64,000 nt of DNA. Source: Chiloscyllium plagiosum (lineage: Eukaryota). The translations under genes were made by a program, and so were the position numbers. Below are positions 11,856-24,105 of the stretch, one piece after another. The notes beneath the pieces are model-generated. The model did no database searches. It saw only the letters and a list, made by a program, of their open reading frames with translations, and was not told the DNA's origin. Location of the stretch: NCBI RefSeq assembly GCF_004010195.1, contig NC_057728.1, positions 46,342,645-46,406,644 on the forward strand, given 5' to 3'. Each line of letters starts with the position of its first letter. Position 1 is the stretch's first letter.

Positions 11856-13554
11856 CTCATCACTAATATGGACATGACCTTTGGAACACCAACACCATCT
11901 CACATCAAAGTGCAAGAATTTAAAGTTTATTAACTTAAAAATGAACTATTTCATTTTTAAAAAAATCCTATGTACTGAACAAACTATTCACTTGAACTAT
12001 CTTTGCAATTGTTTTGGCAGCTAAGAAATCAGACATGCTATGAATTAGACAGAGAAGACGCTCTAATTTAAAACCACATTTGCAAATCATTGGAACGTGA
12101 AAGTTGAAAAGCTTTAAGCTGTTCTGTTTGTGACAACTGGGATTAGACTACTTCTGCTTGCAATAGCAATGATCTTCAGCTACCTCTAGTTCTAAATCAG
12201 AGCTGTGTAAACCGATTCTGATGAAATACCTACCGCTTTATATGTTTATATTTTAATCACTATTTAAAACTTGCATTAGAGCAGTTTTGAAAGCTGCAAG
12301 AAATTTAAAAGCAAAACCATGACTTTATTTTCAATTTTGGAAGCTATTTCACTTTTCTTTTTCAAAACATATACAAACCAGTTAATATCGTGCATTTTAT
12401 ATATAGGCATGGCAGCTGGCCAATAGATGTGTAGGGAGTAAGAGCATACTAGCAATGTGCATTTAATCTGCGCATAAATTGGTGCCACTTTGGAATTCAT
12501 GAACCTGAGCTTTTAGGTGTCCTTTACCGGTGTTGAAAATAGCTGCTCAGTCCCTAATTTAAATATTGAAGGATCTTATTCATGAATTTTTCACAATATT
12601 TCCCAGAAGAAAAAAATTAAGAAATGTGAATAATACACTTGTCTAACTATCCTTGTACATTTCAAAATGGAGCTTCAGTACAAGCAATGAACTTATTTCC
12701 AAGTATGGCTTTTTATTGGAGTCTATGGTAAATGATCTATGATGAAGATATCAGAGTCTTTCATGGAATTATCTGGCTGTCAGCCATAGCTATGTTGAAA
12801 AATACTTTCTCAGCCCACTACAATTACACTGCTCCATGACCTATGGGAGGTCAATATTTTGGCTCAATATTAATGTCCGCTTCAGTGGAAAGCTCTCCAG
12901 ATTTGGCTGGCATCTTCAGTTCATCCATATAAATTAAAAAACTTGAAATCTAATTTCAGTTGGGCCTTAATTAAGCCTATCTGTTCTGGAGCAGGGATCA
13001 TTCCCACAGCTCAGCTCCCACATCAGAACCACACAATTTCTGCAGAATTGTGGTCACACAGTTGGCTTTAAGAAGCTTTTTAAAAAAGGAGAAAGGAGCA
13101 AAGGGTTGGACACAATAGAGCGAGGGTATTCCAGAACTGAGGGCCATGTAGACACAGCTAATAATGGTGAATAAAAGACAAATGGCACACATAAGAGGGC
13201 AGAATTAAAGGAATATAGAGGTCTGGGAGAGTTGTGTGATTGGAAACAGTTACAGATATTGGGAGGAGCCAGGTCATGGGGAGATTTGAAAACAAGGCTA
13301 AGAATTTTAAGTCAAGCTGAAGAGTCAGCAGAGGACTGATGGAGGTTCAGGTGACTGAGAATATGTGCAACAGAGTTTTGAATGAGTTCGAATTTACTAA
13401 GGTCGCAAGTAGGTAAGTTAGACAGGAGAGCCTAGGAATACTCAGATCTAGAGGTAATGATAATGAGAGTCTGGATTTCAGTCGAAACGAACTGAGCCAG
13501 GAACTCACTTGCCCCATGCTTTCGAAGTGGAGGTCAGTGGTCCCGATAATTGAG

Positions 13555-13678
13555 GAGAAAGTGAGGTCTGCAGATGCTGGAGATCAGAGCTGAAAATGTG
13601 TTGCTGGAAAAGCGCAGCAGGTCAGGCAGCATCCAGGGAACAGGAGAATCGACGTTTCGGGCATAAGCCCTTCTTCAG
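13555..13678 (-). mobile_element. Short non-coding PLE-terminus element with intact hammerhead and 10-bp TSD
   Basis: GATAATTGAG occurs at 13545-13554 and 13679-13688. CpGs are retained. Confidence 0.85.
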
Positions 13679-13680
13679 GA
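13647..13680 (-). ncRNA. Minimal type I hammerhead ribozyme motif, intact core
   Basis: The minus strand reads UC-CUGAAGA-A-GGGC UUAU GCCC-GAA-ACGU-C^GAUU. It has the conserved core, a 4-bp stem II, palindromic ACGU in place of helix III and a GUC cleavage triplet. Stem I is short because the element is 5'-truncated here. Confidence 0.75.
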
Positions 13681-13932
13681 TAATTGAGACAATATGCAGT
13701 CAAAAGGTTAGCTTAGATTCAAATAGCAAGCTAGGATTTTGAACAATCTATTTCAGTCTCAGATAATGGCCATAGAAAATCATAGGTCTGGTGGCTAGAG
13801 AACAGTCTGTCACATGGTCCAAAAGCAATGTCTTTGATTGCCCTTTGGACTACCCAATATTTTATCAGAGAAAATATTTGCTTATCCAATAATGTATTTG
13901 CACAAACCGTTTGATAATTCAGAGGCACTACT

Positions 13933-14296
13933 CACAGAGTCATAGGGATATACATCACGGAAACTGACCCTTTGGTCCAGCCCGTCCGTGCCGACCAGAT
14001 ATCCCAACCCAATCTAGTCCCACTTGCCAGCACCTGGCCCATATCCCTCCAAACCCTTCCTATTCATATACGCATCCAGATACCTTTTAAATTTTGCAAT
14101 TGTACTAGCCTCCACCACTTCCTCTGGCAGCTCATTCCATACATATATCACCCTCTGTATGAAAAGGTTGCCCCTTAGGTCTCTTTTATATCTTTTCCTC
14201 TCACCTAAACCTATGCCCTCTAATTCTGGACTCCCTGACCCCAAGGAAAAGACTTTGTCTACTTATCCTATCCATGCTGCTCATGATTTTATCAAC
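13933..14296 (-). mobile_element. CR1/HER1-like LINE 3' end
   Basis: ORF RYKRDLRGNLFIQRVIYVWNELPEEVVEA, with a CACAGAGTCATAG tail. Confidence 0.9.
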
Positions 14297-15341
14297 TAGT
14301 GGGATGAACTGATGCAAAGGTGAGGGAGAGTTAGATGTCATCCATGTACATGTTACATCTGACATTATGTTTTCAGATGAGAAATAGAAGCAAACCACTG
14401 AAAATTTCCTTGCAGGATTCTCGAGGGAATGGTACAGCTGTAGAGAAAGAGACTGCTGCTGAAAATTCTCTAACAACTGGATAAATGTGAATTGAATGAG
14501 AGGAGGGCTATCCCACCCAGCTGGACATTAGAGGAGAATATTGTGATCAAATATAGCAAAGGCAGATCAAGCAGGATAATGAAGGTTAGTTTAACATGCT
14601 ATAAGTCATATAAGCTTTGGTCTGTGCTGAGGGCTATTTCAGAGTTGTGACAGTGGCAGAAAGTTAATTGAAGATTTTCCAAACATGAAGTTATGGAAAA
14701 TTAAGGCAAGGATTTGGAGAGGGGGTGTGCAACATATTCAAGTACTTCAGAGAGAGAGCAGAGATGTTGAAGATGGGATATATCCTTGAAAGGACGTAAA
14801 GGTTAAATGTGATGATGTCAGAATTGAAGGAAAGAGAAATAAAACTTGACAAGAGGAATCTATTCACAAAAGCAGCCAATGTGGGGACCATAATGGAAAG
14901 TTTGGTGGTCAGTCGTCGAGTGGGAGTAGGGCAATAAGCCTCATCCATAAGAGAAGCTCAGAGATAGCATGAGAGGAAATGGGAGAGAAATTAGAGAAAG
15001 ATATCAATTCAAATCTGACACAAGGTAGAGCTTTAGAAGAGAGTTGGCTTTGTAGGCTCGGAATTGGAAGTGAAGCGACACAGGCAGCTGAACAGATCAA
15101 TCAGTTCCAAACCTGGTGACTTCCCCTTACTTGTTGTAATCTCTTTCAATACACACCAGGTTTGAAAAAATAACCCTAAAAGAAATGGTTAAAAATATGA
15201 TAAGTTTCGCAATTCACTATAAGCATGTCATATCAGTAAGATGGATAGAATAGGCTGACTCATAACAGCACACAATGTTGGAGGCAGCATATTGGCATGG
15301 ATAGAGAATTGGCTAATGGGCAGGAAACAGTGAGTGGGAAT

Positions 15342-17215
15342 AAAGAACAAAGAACAATTCAGCTCAGGAATAGGCCCTTCAGCCCTCTAAGCCTGTGCCA
15401 ATACATTTAGCCTTTCCATGCTAAAACTATCTTCACTTACAGGATCCGTATACCTCTATTCCCTTCCTATTCATGAATCCATCCAGGAGCTTCGTGAATG
15501 GTGCTATTGTGTTTGCTTCCACAACTTCCTCTGGCAACACATTCCAGGCACTCACCACCATTTGTGTGAAAANNNNNNNNNNNNNNNNNNNNNNNNNNNN
15601 NNNNNNNNNNNNNNNNNNNNNNNNNNNNNNNNNNNNNCTCCGCTCCCCCGCCCCACCCTGGACCATGAATCTTCGCCTCCTAGTAATTGACCTCTCCATT
15701 CTAGGAAAAAGCCTCAAACTTTCCGCTCTATCCTTACAGTCACAATCTCAGAAAATTCTATTAGGTCACCCATCAACCTCCTGTGTTCCAGTGAAAACAA
15801 ACCCAGTCTATCCAGCTCCTCTTCATAGCTAAAATCGCCCATACCAGGCAACATCCTGGTAGACATTTTCTGTACCCTCTCCAAAGCATTCACATCCTTC
15901 TGGTAGTATGGTGACCAGAACTGTATGAAATATTGCAAGTGTGGCATAACTAAAATTCCATGAAGGTGCAGTAGAACCTGTCTATCTTTATACTCAGTGC
16001 CCCTTCCAATGAAGGCAAGCATACCAGAGGCCTTTTTTCACTACCTTATCTACTTTGGCTGCCAACTTCAGTGATCTGTGGATGTATATACCCAGATTCC
16101 TCTGCATATCAATACTCTTATGGGTTCTGCCATCACTGTATTTGACCTTTCAAAATGCATCATCTCACATTTGTCCATCTGCCATTTTGTCTGCCCATGC
16201 CTCCAACTGATCTATATCCTGCTGTGTCCTCTGACAATCCTTCTCACTATCTGCAACTCCACCAATCTTTGTATCATTTGCAAACTTACTAGTTGGATCA
16301 GCTATGTTTTCCTCCAAATCATTCATGTAGATGAAGAACAGCAGAGCTTCCAGCCCTGACCCCTGTGGAACACCACTCGTTACAACACTCCATCACAAAA
16401 TGAATCCTTCCACTGCTATCTTCTGTCTCCTATGATTAAGCCAGTGCTGTAACCACCTTGCCAGCTCACCCCTGATACAATATGACTTCACCTTTTGTAC
16501 AAGTCTGCCATGTGGGATCTTGTCAAAGGCTTTATTGAACTCCACGTTAACAACATCAACCACCTTTGCCTCATCAATTATCTTCATCACCTCCTCAAAA
16601 AACTCCCCCCAAAACAACCATGCTGTCAATCGCTAATCAGTCCATTTGCTTCTAAATGTGTTGAGAACTTGTCCCTGAGAATCTTTTTGAATAATTTCCT
16701 TACAACTGACATGAGATTCACAGGTCGGTAATGTCCTGGATTATCTTTGCTACACTTCTTAAACAATGGGACAACATTGGCTTTTCTCCAGTCCTGTGGG
16801 ACCTCACATGCAGCCAAGGAGGATACAAAGATGTCCGTCAATGTTCCAGCAATTTGTTCTCTTGCATCCCTCAATATCCTGGGATAGATCACATTAGGTC
16901 TTACCTACCTTAATATCTTTTAAAACATACAACACCTCTTCCTTTTGGAGAAGCAACTTGGCTTAGAAATTTGACACTCCTTTCCCTGAGATCATCCTCC
17001 AACACTTCCTTCTTTTTGGTGAATACCGAAACAAAATATTTGTTTAGGACCTCATCTATCTCTTCTGGCTCCACACAGAGGTTCCTTCCTTTGTCCTTGA
17101 GTGGGCCAATCCTTTCCCTGGCTACCCTCTTGCTTTTTATATATGTATAAAAAGCCTAAGAAATCTACTTAATCCTGTTTGTTAATGACTTTTCATGACA
17201 CCTTTTATTCCTTCT
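15342..17215 (-). mobile_element. CR1 LINE, 5'-truncated, ~1.9 kb, with an (AAGAACA)n-type tail
   Basis: Minus ORFs EVPQDWRKANVVPLFKK...YRPVNL, FNKAFDKIPHGRL and QFWSPYYQKDVNALERVQ. It contains an N gap. Confidence 0.9.
15573..15637. other. Assembly gap
   Basis: Run of N. Confidence 1.
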
Positions 17216-17459
17216 AATTCCTTTTTAAGTTCGTTCCTAAAGGGCTCTTTTTCAGGCTGACATCTTGTGACCAGTGTAGTTCCACAGGGATCAGTGCTGG
17301 GATCACAAATGTTTACAATAAATATTAATAACTTGGAGAGAGGAAGTAAATGTACTGTCACCAAATTTGCAGACAACATAAACATTATCGGAATGGCAGG
17401 TTGTAAGAGGAACACAAACAGATCACAGAGAGATATTGATGGTTAAGCAAGTGGACAAA

Positions 17460-17625
17460 ATGTCCTTTAGGGAAGGAAACTGCCATCCTTACCTGGTCTG
17501 ACCTATATGTGACTCCAGACCTCCTACAACAATGTGGTTGAGTCTTAACTATCCTCTGGTAAATTAGGATGGGCAATAAATGCTGGCCTAGACAGTGACA
17601 CCCTCATCCAATGAATATATATATA
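17460..17625 (+). mobile_element. SINE 3' half inserted in CR1
   Basis: GTCCTTTAGGGAAGGAAACTGCCATCCTTACCTGGTCTG...GGATGGGCAATAAATGCTGGCCTAG...ATGAAT interrupts the CR1 colinearity. Confidence 0.65.
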
Positions 17626-18317
17626 TTTAAAAAGCTGCAACACAGAGGAATACGGGGGGAGAGGTATTTACTCGCAAAATACAGAAAGCTGGCACACAGA
17701 TGCAGCAGCTAATCAGGAAGGCTATTAGAATGTTGGCCTTACAAGGGGTTTGGAGTATAAGAGCAGGGAAGTCTTACTGCAACTGAACAAGACACTGGTG
17801 AGACCATATCTGGATCACTGTGTACAGTTTAAGTCCCATTATTTAAGAAATGGAGGCAGTTAAGTGGAGGTCCACTAGGATGATCCCTAATATGAAGGGA
17901 TCGGCTTATGAGCAAAGACGAAACAAGTTGGGACTCTACACACGGGAGTTTAGAAAAATGAGAGGTGATCTCATTGAAAGATATAGAATTCTTGATGGGT
18001 TCGAGACAGTAATTGCTGAGAGAATCTTTCCCCTCATGGAACCCAAGAGTATTTTCTCACAGTTAAAGGGTGCCAATTTAATGCTGAAATGAAGAGGAAT
18101 TTTTTTGTGGGTATAGAGTCTTTGTATATATTTAAGGCTGAGATAGATAGATCCTTGATCAGTTGTGGAATCAGGGTTATGGGGAAAGAGCAAAAAAGTG
18201 GAATGTCAGATCAACCATGATCCTATTGAATGTTAAAGCAGGCATGAGGGGTCAAAAGACCAATTCCTGTTCCTGTTTCTTATGCTAAAATGGTCTACTA
18301 CCTTGCATTTAAACATT

Positions 18318-18824
18318 GGACTGGATTTTAAGGCAGCAAATCTAGCAGGTTGCCCCACCTACCCCACCCCCACACCAATCCCAAACCCCAACCCTATCCC
18401 CAAACCCTCCAACCATAGCTCGCACCCCGACACTAATGCCATACAAACCTAAACCCAACCCAATGCCAATTCCAACTCCCCTCCATCACCCATGCAAGTG
18501 GCAGAGTTGGTTGGTGAAAGTGACAATGTATATGTCTTTTGATACTTTATTAATTCACTGCTTTTACGCTCTTTTAAGAAATAAGGAGAGAGTGAGAGGG
18601 CAGAGGGTCTTTGAATTAGGAGGTGCGACCAACTTCTGGTTCACGACCTCTCTCCACTCCACCTGACCTTTGTGGAATGGATGCCTGATTGGGCATGGAG
18701 CCCCTTCACGCTGCTAATTGGCCATCCATCACTTGACGCACTATGCTGTAACTGCAGGAGTAAGTGGACCACACACGTTCTGTTCCATCGTCCTTATACT
18801 ATTGAAAAAATAAAAATGCAGCCC
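18318..18824. mobile_element. Non-autonomous DNA transposon, PIF/Harbinger-like
   Basis: Imperfect TIRs GGACTGGATTTT / AAAATGCAGCCC are both flanked by ATT (3-bp TSD). There is an internal C-rich degenerate hexamer tract. Confidence 0.55.
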
Positions 18825-20129
18825 ATTAAGTTGGAGCTATTATGAATTCAGCAAGAAAATGATTTAGCAGAGTTCCTCAAAATGGCAGGCCTGACAAAGC
18901 CTCAGGATTTAGAAATCCCTTGGTAGTAGCACAGTGGCAGTGAGCGATGAGTCTTCAGAAAGTTAGGTTTTGTCACAGTGCTCTTAAGGTCTGACCATGT
19001 GCATCCACTGATTTGTTTTTGTCAAGATGAAACTTCCAGACTTAAAATCAGTTCGGAAAGAATCTGAAAGGAGTCATTACTTTACCTCCACGGACGGCTT
19101 CACCAAACTGAATATAAAGTAGCAGAGAGGAACTTCAGCAGTAAGCACACTGACACTGAAGTACACTGATAGATGAGAAAGTCATGAAATGGAAGAACGC
19201 CACCAACTTATATGCTGCTGTTCCTTGGCTCGAAAGAAAAGTAATCTTGACCTATTCAGAATATAAAAATAAATAAATAAAAGATTAACTGGTGCAAAAT
19301 ATTTCCAAGGAATGAATTTTCAAGAGACTAAATCCAACAAGATTCAGTGACACAACCAAGCGATGCATAATTATTAAGGTCAACATAACTTCATTAGTCA
19401 GTATTACCCAAGAGTCCAAAGCTTGCCTGCAATTAATTGCTTTTAAATTATTCTTGTCACACTGGTACCTTAGTTAAGCTAGCCATTTAGATTGTTAATA
19501 ATGGATTGAGAAAATTAATTAAAATATATCTTCAATACTTTCATCAACATAAGCATTCCACCTCTAAAGAATTTATCTCCAGCTAGTTGGCCGCCAGTAA
19601 TTAAAAATATATCCTATCTCAGCTACTCTACCTTTGACAAATAGCCAAGCTACACAATAAATATTTTCTTTGTCCCAAGTGTCTTTTGCGATGAAGACAC
19701 CATGTGTGAGGGACTTCAGCTCTGCTAATTGATTTGAAGCTCAGAAAGATTAACGCAGCATTATCATATCTGTCAGCAACAGGAAACTACAAGCTTGATA
19801 CTAGATAAAAGCCAACGAAACTGACAAAATCTAATATTCATTTCACTCTTAAATACCTGTAATTAGTTGAGAAACGTAACAATTGTGGAATTATCATTTA
19901 GTAATAGATTTTGGTTCAATTGTATCTTGGAAGGGAAAGAATAGATTTAGGTGGTATTTTTCCCAACCACTTTTGTCTTCTCTGTACATAAAATTATCTA
20001 ACGTCAAATGTATTTCCTGTGCTATCTCAGAGAATGCAAAAGGAAAGCAAAGTAGTTAACCTCTGGAAATAAATGGAACTATGGTAGTTTGTGCAACATC
20101 ACTTGAGATAGTATTACAAGTACAGTATT

Positions 20130-20755
20130 TTTTTCTCAGAATTCTTAAGAGCTTGACTGATTTGATGCTGGGAGAAAGTTTCCTCTGTACATAGAATTGA
20201 GAAGTAGGATGAAAATCTGCAACAAAGGATCAGCCATTTTGGATGTGATGAAGAAATTTATTTTTAAATCCTGTGATTATGATATTAAACAGAGGGTTGT
20301 TGAGGCTTCATTAGTGAATATATTTAAGATTGATATAGATAAATCTTTTGGTACTAAGTGAATTAAGGAATATGAGGATAAGATGAGGAAGTGGAATTGG
20401 TGTAAAATATTAGTCATGATCTACTGAATGATGGTGTTAGCTTGACGTGCCAAATGACCTATTTCTACTTCAATAACGAGAGGTCATGCTTTCAAGGTGA
20501 GAGGTGAAAAGTTTAAGGGGGTACACGCGGCAAGTACTTCACACAAAAGTGGTGGGCATCTGAAACACGTTGCCAGCAGAGGTGGTGGAGGCAGGCACGG
20601 TAGATTCATTTAATGCATCTGGACAGATGCATGAGTAGGTGGGGAGCAGAGGGATACAGGAATTGGGTGACAGGTTTAGACAGTAGATTTGGAACAGCTC
20701 AGGTTTGGAGGGCTGAAGGGCCTGTTCCTGGGCTGTAAGTTTTCTTTGTTCTTTG
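20130..20755 (+). mobile_element. Two tandem CR1 3' ends (old 20130-20475; younger 20476-20755)
   Basis: The second copy reads TRGHAFKVRGEKF...FTQKVVG and ends GGGCTGAAGGGCCTGTTCCTGGGCTGTAA followed by (TTCTTTG)n. Confidence 0.75.
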
Positions 20756-21457
20756 TACTTCTACTCATCATTGTTGGAGACTCCCCAGTGAAGGTACTGT
20801 CCACAATACCATTCGATGGGAAACTCCAAAATTATGTTCCAGTGACCTTGAGAAATGTTGAGATGTGTCCAAGTTGGGAGGCTGTGAGATTCATAAGAAA
20901 ACTTGGAGAAGATGGTGTTCCCTAGCATTTGCCACCCTTATCCTTCCATAAGAGGAGATCATAGGTTTGGGAAGCCCAACTGAAGAACTGGAAATGAGGA
21001 AAATTCATAATTTTAATTAATTATATATAAGTATATAGTTATATTTTAATTATAATAATTACATTACATTTAATATTTTGATTGTTGATGCTAAATGTAT
21101 ATGACCTAACTAGCATGATTAATAAGAGAAACATTTCATAATGCAGAACATACATTTAGGTTTTGGATTGACATTTGCAATCTCTCCAAACAAATTGTCA
21201 TGACAAAGTTTGCTTTGGAAACTTTGCATAGAGGAATTTTGAATAATAATACATAAAACAGACTCAATAATCTTGTGATTACTGTGTCTTTTTTATTTAA
21301 ATGAACTGTTCTTCGGACTCAATATGCTTAAGTCATTCTCAATGTAAGGGAAAATATAGCAAGTGACCTTTTTTGTTCACTGGATTATTTTTGACACTTA
21401 AATGTCTCCTAATATAAATAATAATAAAAGTGAACTGATATCAAAAGTGAACTGATA

Positions 21458-21846
21458 GTGTGGTGAAGAAGGCATATGGCGTACTGGCTTTTATTGGTAG
21501 AGGAATTGAGTTCCGGAGTACTGAGGACATGTTGCAGTTGCATAAGACTCTGGTGCAGCCGCATCTGGAGTATTGTGTGCAGTTTTGGTCGCCATACTAT
21601 AGGAAGGATGTGGAGGCACTGGAACGGGTGCAGAGGAGGTTTACCAGGATGTTGACTGGTATGGTNNNNNNNNNNNNNNNNNNNNNNNNNNNNNNNNNNN
21701 NNNNNNNNNNNNNNNNNNNNNNNNNNNNTGGATAGGCATATGGAAGATAGTGGGCTAGTGTAGGTTAGGTGGGCTTCGATCGGTGCAACATCGAGGGCCG
21801 AAGGGCCTGTACTGCGCTGTATTCTTCTATGTTCTATGTTCTATGT
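21458..21846 (+). mobile_element. Young CR1 3' fragment with (GTTCTAT)n tail, spanning an N gap
   Basis: VKKAYGVLAFIGRGIEFRS...HLEYCVQFWSPYYRKDVEALERVQRRFTRML. Confidence 0.9.
21666..21728. other. Assembly gap
   Basis: Run of N. Confidence 1.
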
Positions 21847-22292
21847 AAAACTGTCACTGTTCTGTTTCAAATTAAAACGTTTGGGTGTACATTTTCTTCT
21901 GTTCACTATTTTCAAGGAAAAAGCTGGGAGGGATACAAAGTCAAAACTCTGAAAATGTGGTCGATGTGCACAGGCAATCCACAAATGTGAATGTTTTCAT
22001 TAATGAAAACAAAGACTGAAATTGAACTCAGCAGATCAGGTAAATAAAGGATCAGGGCACTATGAGGAGTCAGGGAAATTATAGTTGAGAAAGCAGACAT
22101 CAACAAGGGCTAGTAAAGAGTGTGTGAGAGGAAGTGGCATCTTCACCTTCTTCTTGAGTTCTCTGCTTAAAGGCACCTCCAAGCCTTGGCACCATAATTA
22201 TAATAGGACAAGGAAACAAGTCTGAATTCATCTTAGCTGGAAATAGGATCAAACCCAGTACTGTTGGCACCAATCTGAGCACTGTCAGCTGT

Positions 22293-24105
22293 CATAGAGT
22301 CATTCGGTCAGACAGCACAGAAACAGACCCTTTGGTCCAACCAGTCTATGCTGAACATAATCCCAAATTAAACTTGTCCCACCTGCCTGCTCCTGGCCTT
22401 TATCCCTCCAAATCTTTCATATTCATGTATTCATCCAAATATCTTTTAAATGTTGTAATTGTACCTACATCCGCCACTTCCTCAGGAAGTTGATTCCATA
22501 CATGAACTATCCTCTATGTAAAAGAATTGCCTCTCACGTCTTTTCTTAAATCTCCTTTCATCTTAAAAATCTGCCCCTTATTCTCAAAACCCCCCATCCT
22601 AGGTAAAAGACAACAAACATTTAACTCTATCTATAATGCTCGTTATTTTATAAACTTCTGTCAGGTAGCCTCTCAACTTCTTAAGCTCCAGTGAAAATAG
22701 TCCCAGCCTATCCAGCATTTCTTTATACCTCAAACCTTCCATGCCCAGCAATGTCCTGGTAAACCTCTTCTGAACACTCTTTAGCTTAATAATATCCTTC
22801 CTCTGACTGTGAGTCCAGAACTGGACACAGTATTCCAGAAGAGGCCTCACCATTGTCCTATTCAACGACAACATGACTTCCCAACTCAAAGGACTGAGCA
22901 ATGAAGGTAAAGTGCCAACTGCCTTTTTATCCATCCAGTCTAAATATGACAGAAACTTCAAAGAATCATGTACCTGCACAGCCAGATCTCTCTGTTCTAC
23001 AACACTATCCAAGGCATTAATTGCATACACCCTACCCTTGTTTGTTGTACCAAAATGGAATACCTTGCATTTATACAGATTGAACTGCATCTGCTATTTT
23101 TCAGCCCATTGACCCATTAGATCAAGGTCCCTTATTAATCTTAGAGAATCTTCTTCATTGTCTACAATGCCACCAATTTTAGTGTCACCTGTAAACTTAC
23201 TAACCATGCCTCCTATATTCTCATCCAAATCATTTACATAAATGAGAAACAAAAGAGGAGCCAGAACCAGTCCTTGTGGAACATTGCTGGTCACAGGCTC
23301 TCAGTCTCAAAAGCAACCCACCACCAATACTCTCTGTCTCCTGCCATTAAGCCAATTATGTATCCAGTTAGAAACTCACGCCAAATCCCATGCGCCTAAC
23401 TTTACTAGTTATTCTACCGTGTGGAACCTTGTCAAAGTTTTACTAACATCCAAATAAATAATGGGTATTGCACTGCCGTCATAAACATTTTAGTAACTTC
23501 CTCAAAAAACTCAACCAAGTTTGTGAAACATGATTTTCTTGAACAAAAGCCGTGTTGCCTATTCCTAATCAATTTTTGCCTCTCTATTTGTCCATAAATC
23601 CTATCATTTTTAATTAGCTCCAACAATTTACTCATAATCAAAGTCAGACTCATAGGTCGATAGTTCCCCAGTTTTTCCTTACAACCTTTCTTGAACAAAG
23701 GTACAACATTGGGCTGAAGGGCCTGTTTCCACACTGTAGAGATTCTATTATTCTATGATTAGACATGGTGATCAGGCACCTCACCTGTAGTTATAGATAA
23801 TGCAAATACCTCTGCGAGGGGTTTCACAACTTCCTCCCTTACTTCCCACAATGTTCTGAAATACATTAGATCAGGTCCCAGGGATTTATCCACATTTCTA
23901 TAATTTAAGGCCTCCCAAATTTCCTCTTCTGTAATGTGAACTGTTTTAAAAACATCAAAGCTAATTTCTGTGCATTCTCTGAACTCTATTTCTTTCTCCA
24001 AAGTAAAAACTAAGGTGAAATATTAATTCAGTATCTCTCCCATTTCCTGGGGTTCAACACAAAGATGACCTCCTTAACATTTTAAAAGGCCTACCCACTC
24101 TCTAG
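22293..24105 (-). mobile_element. CR1/HER1-like LINE, 5'-truncated RT remnant
   Basis: Minus ORFs NVVPLFKKGCKEKLGNYRP, VPQGLVLAPLLFLIYVNDLD, KFTGDTKIGG and RPLLEYCVQFW, with a CATAGAGTCAT tail. Confidence 0.9.

Larger units (their letters stand above)
13040..15080 (-). mobile_element. Old L2-type LINE remnant (interrupted by 13555-13678 and 13933-14296)
   Basis: The purine-rich plus strand has L2-like antisense blocks (TATTCCAGAACTGAGGGCCATG, GGTCATGGGGAGATTTGAAAACAAGG, GATGTCATCCATGTACATG as the antisense of YMDD). Confidence 0.55.
15258..18285 (+). mobile_element. Older CR1 LINE (RT to 3' end) split by a younger antisense CR1 and a SINE
   Basis: WIENWLMGRKQ at 15297-15330 resumes at ~17238 with VTSVVPQGSVLG and KFADNI, and ends with LGLYTREFRKMRGDLIE and a 3' UTR. 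Confidence 0.8.

Noticed and set aside
21427..21457. AAAGTGAACTGATA repeated just before a CR1, as a TSD
   Set aside because: Both copies lie on the same side of the element. It is only a small junctional duplication, and the adjacent N gap limits interpretation.
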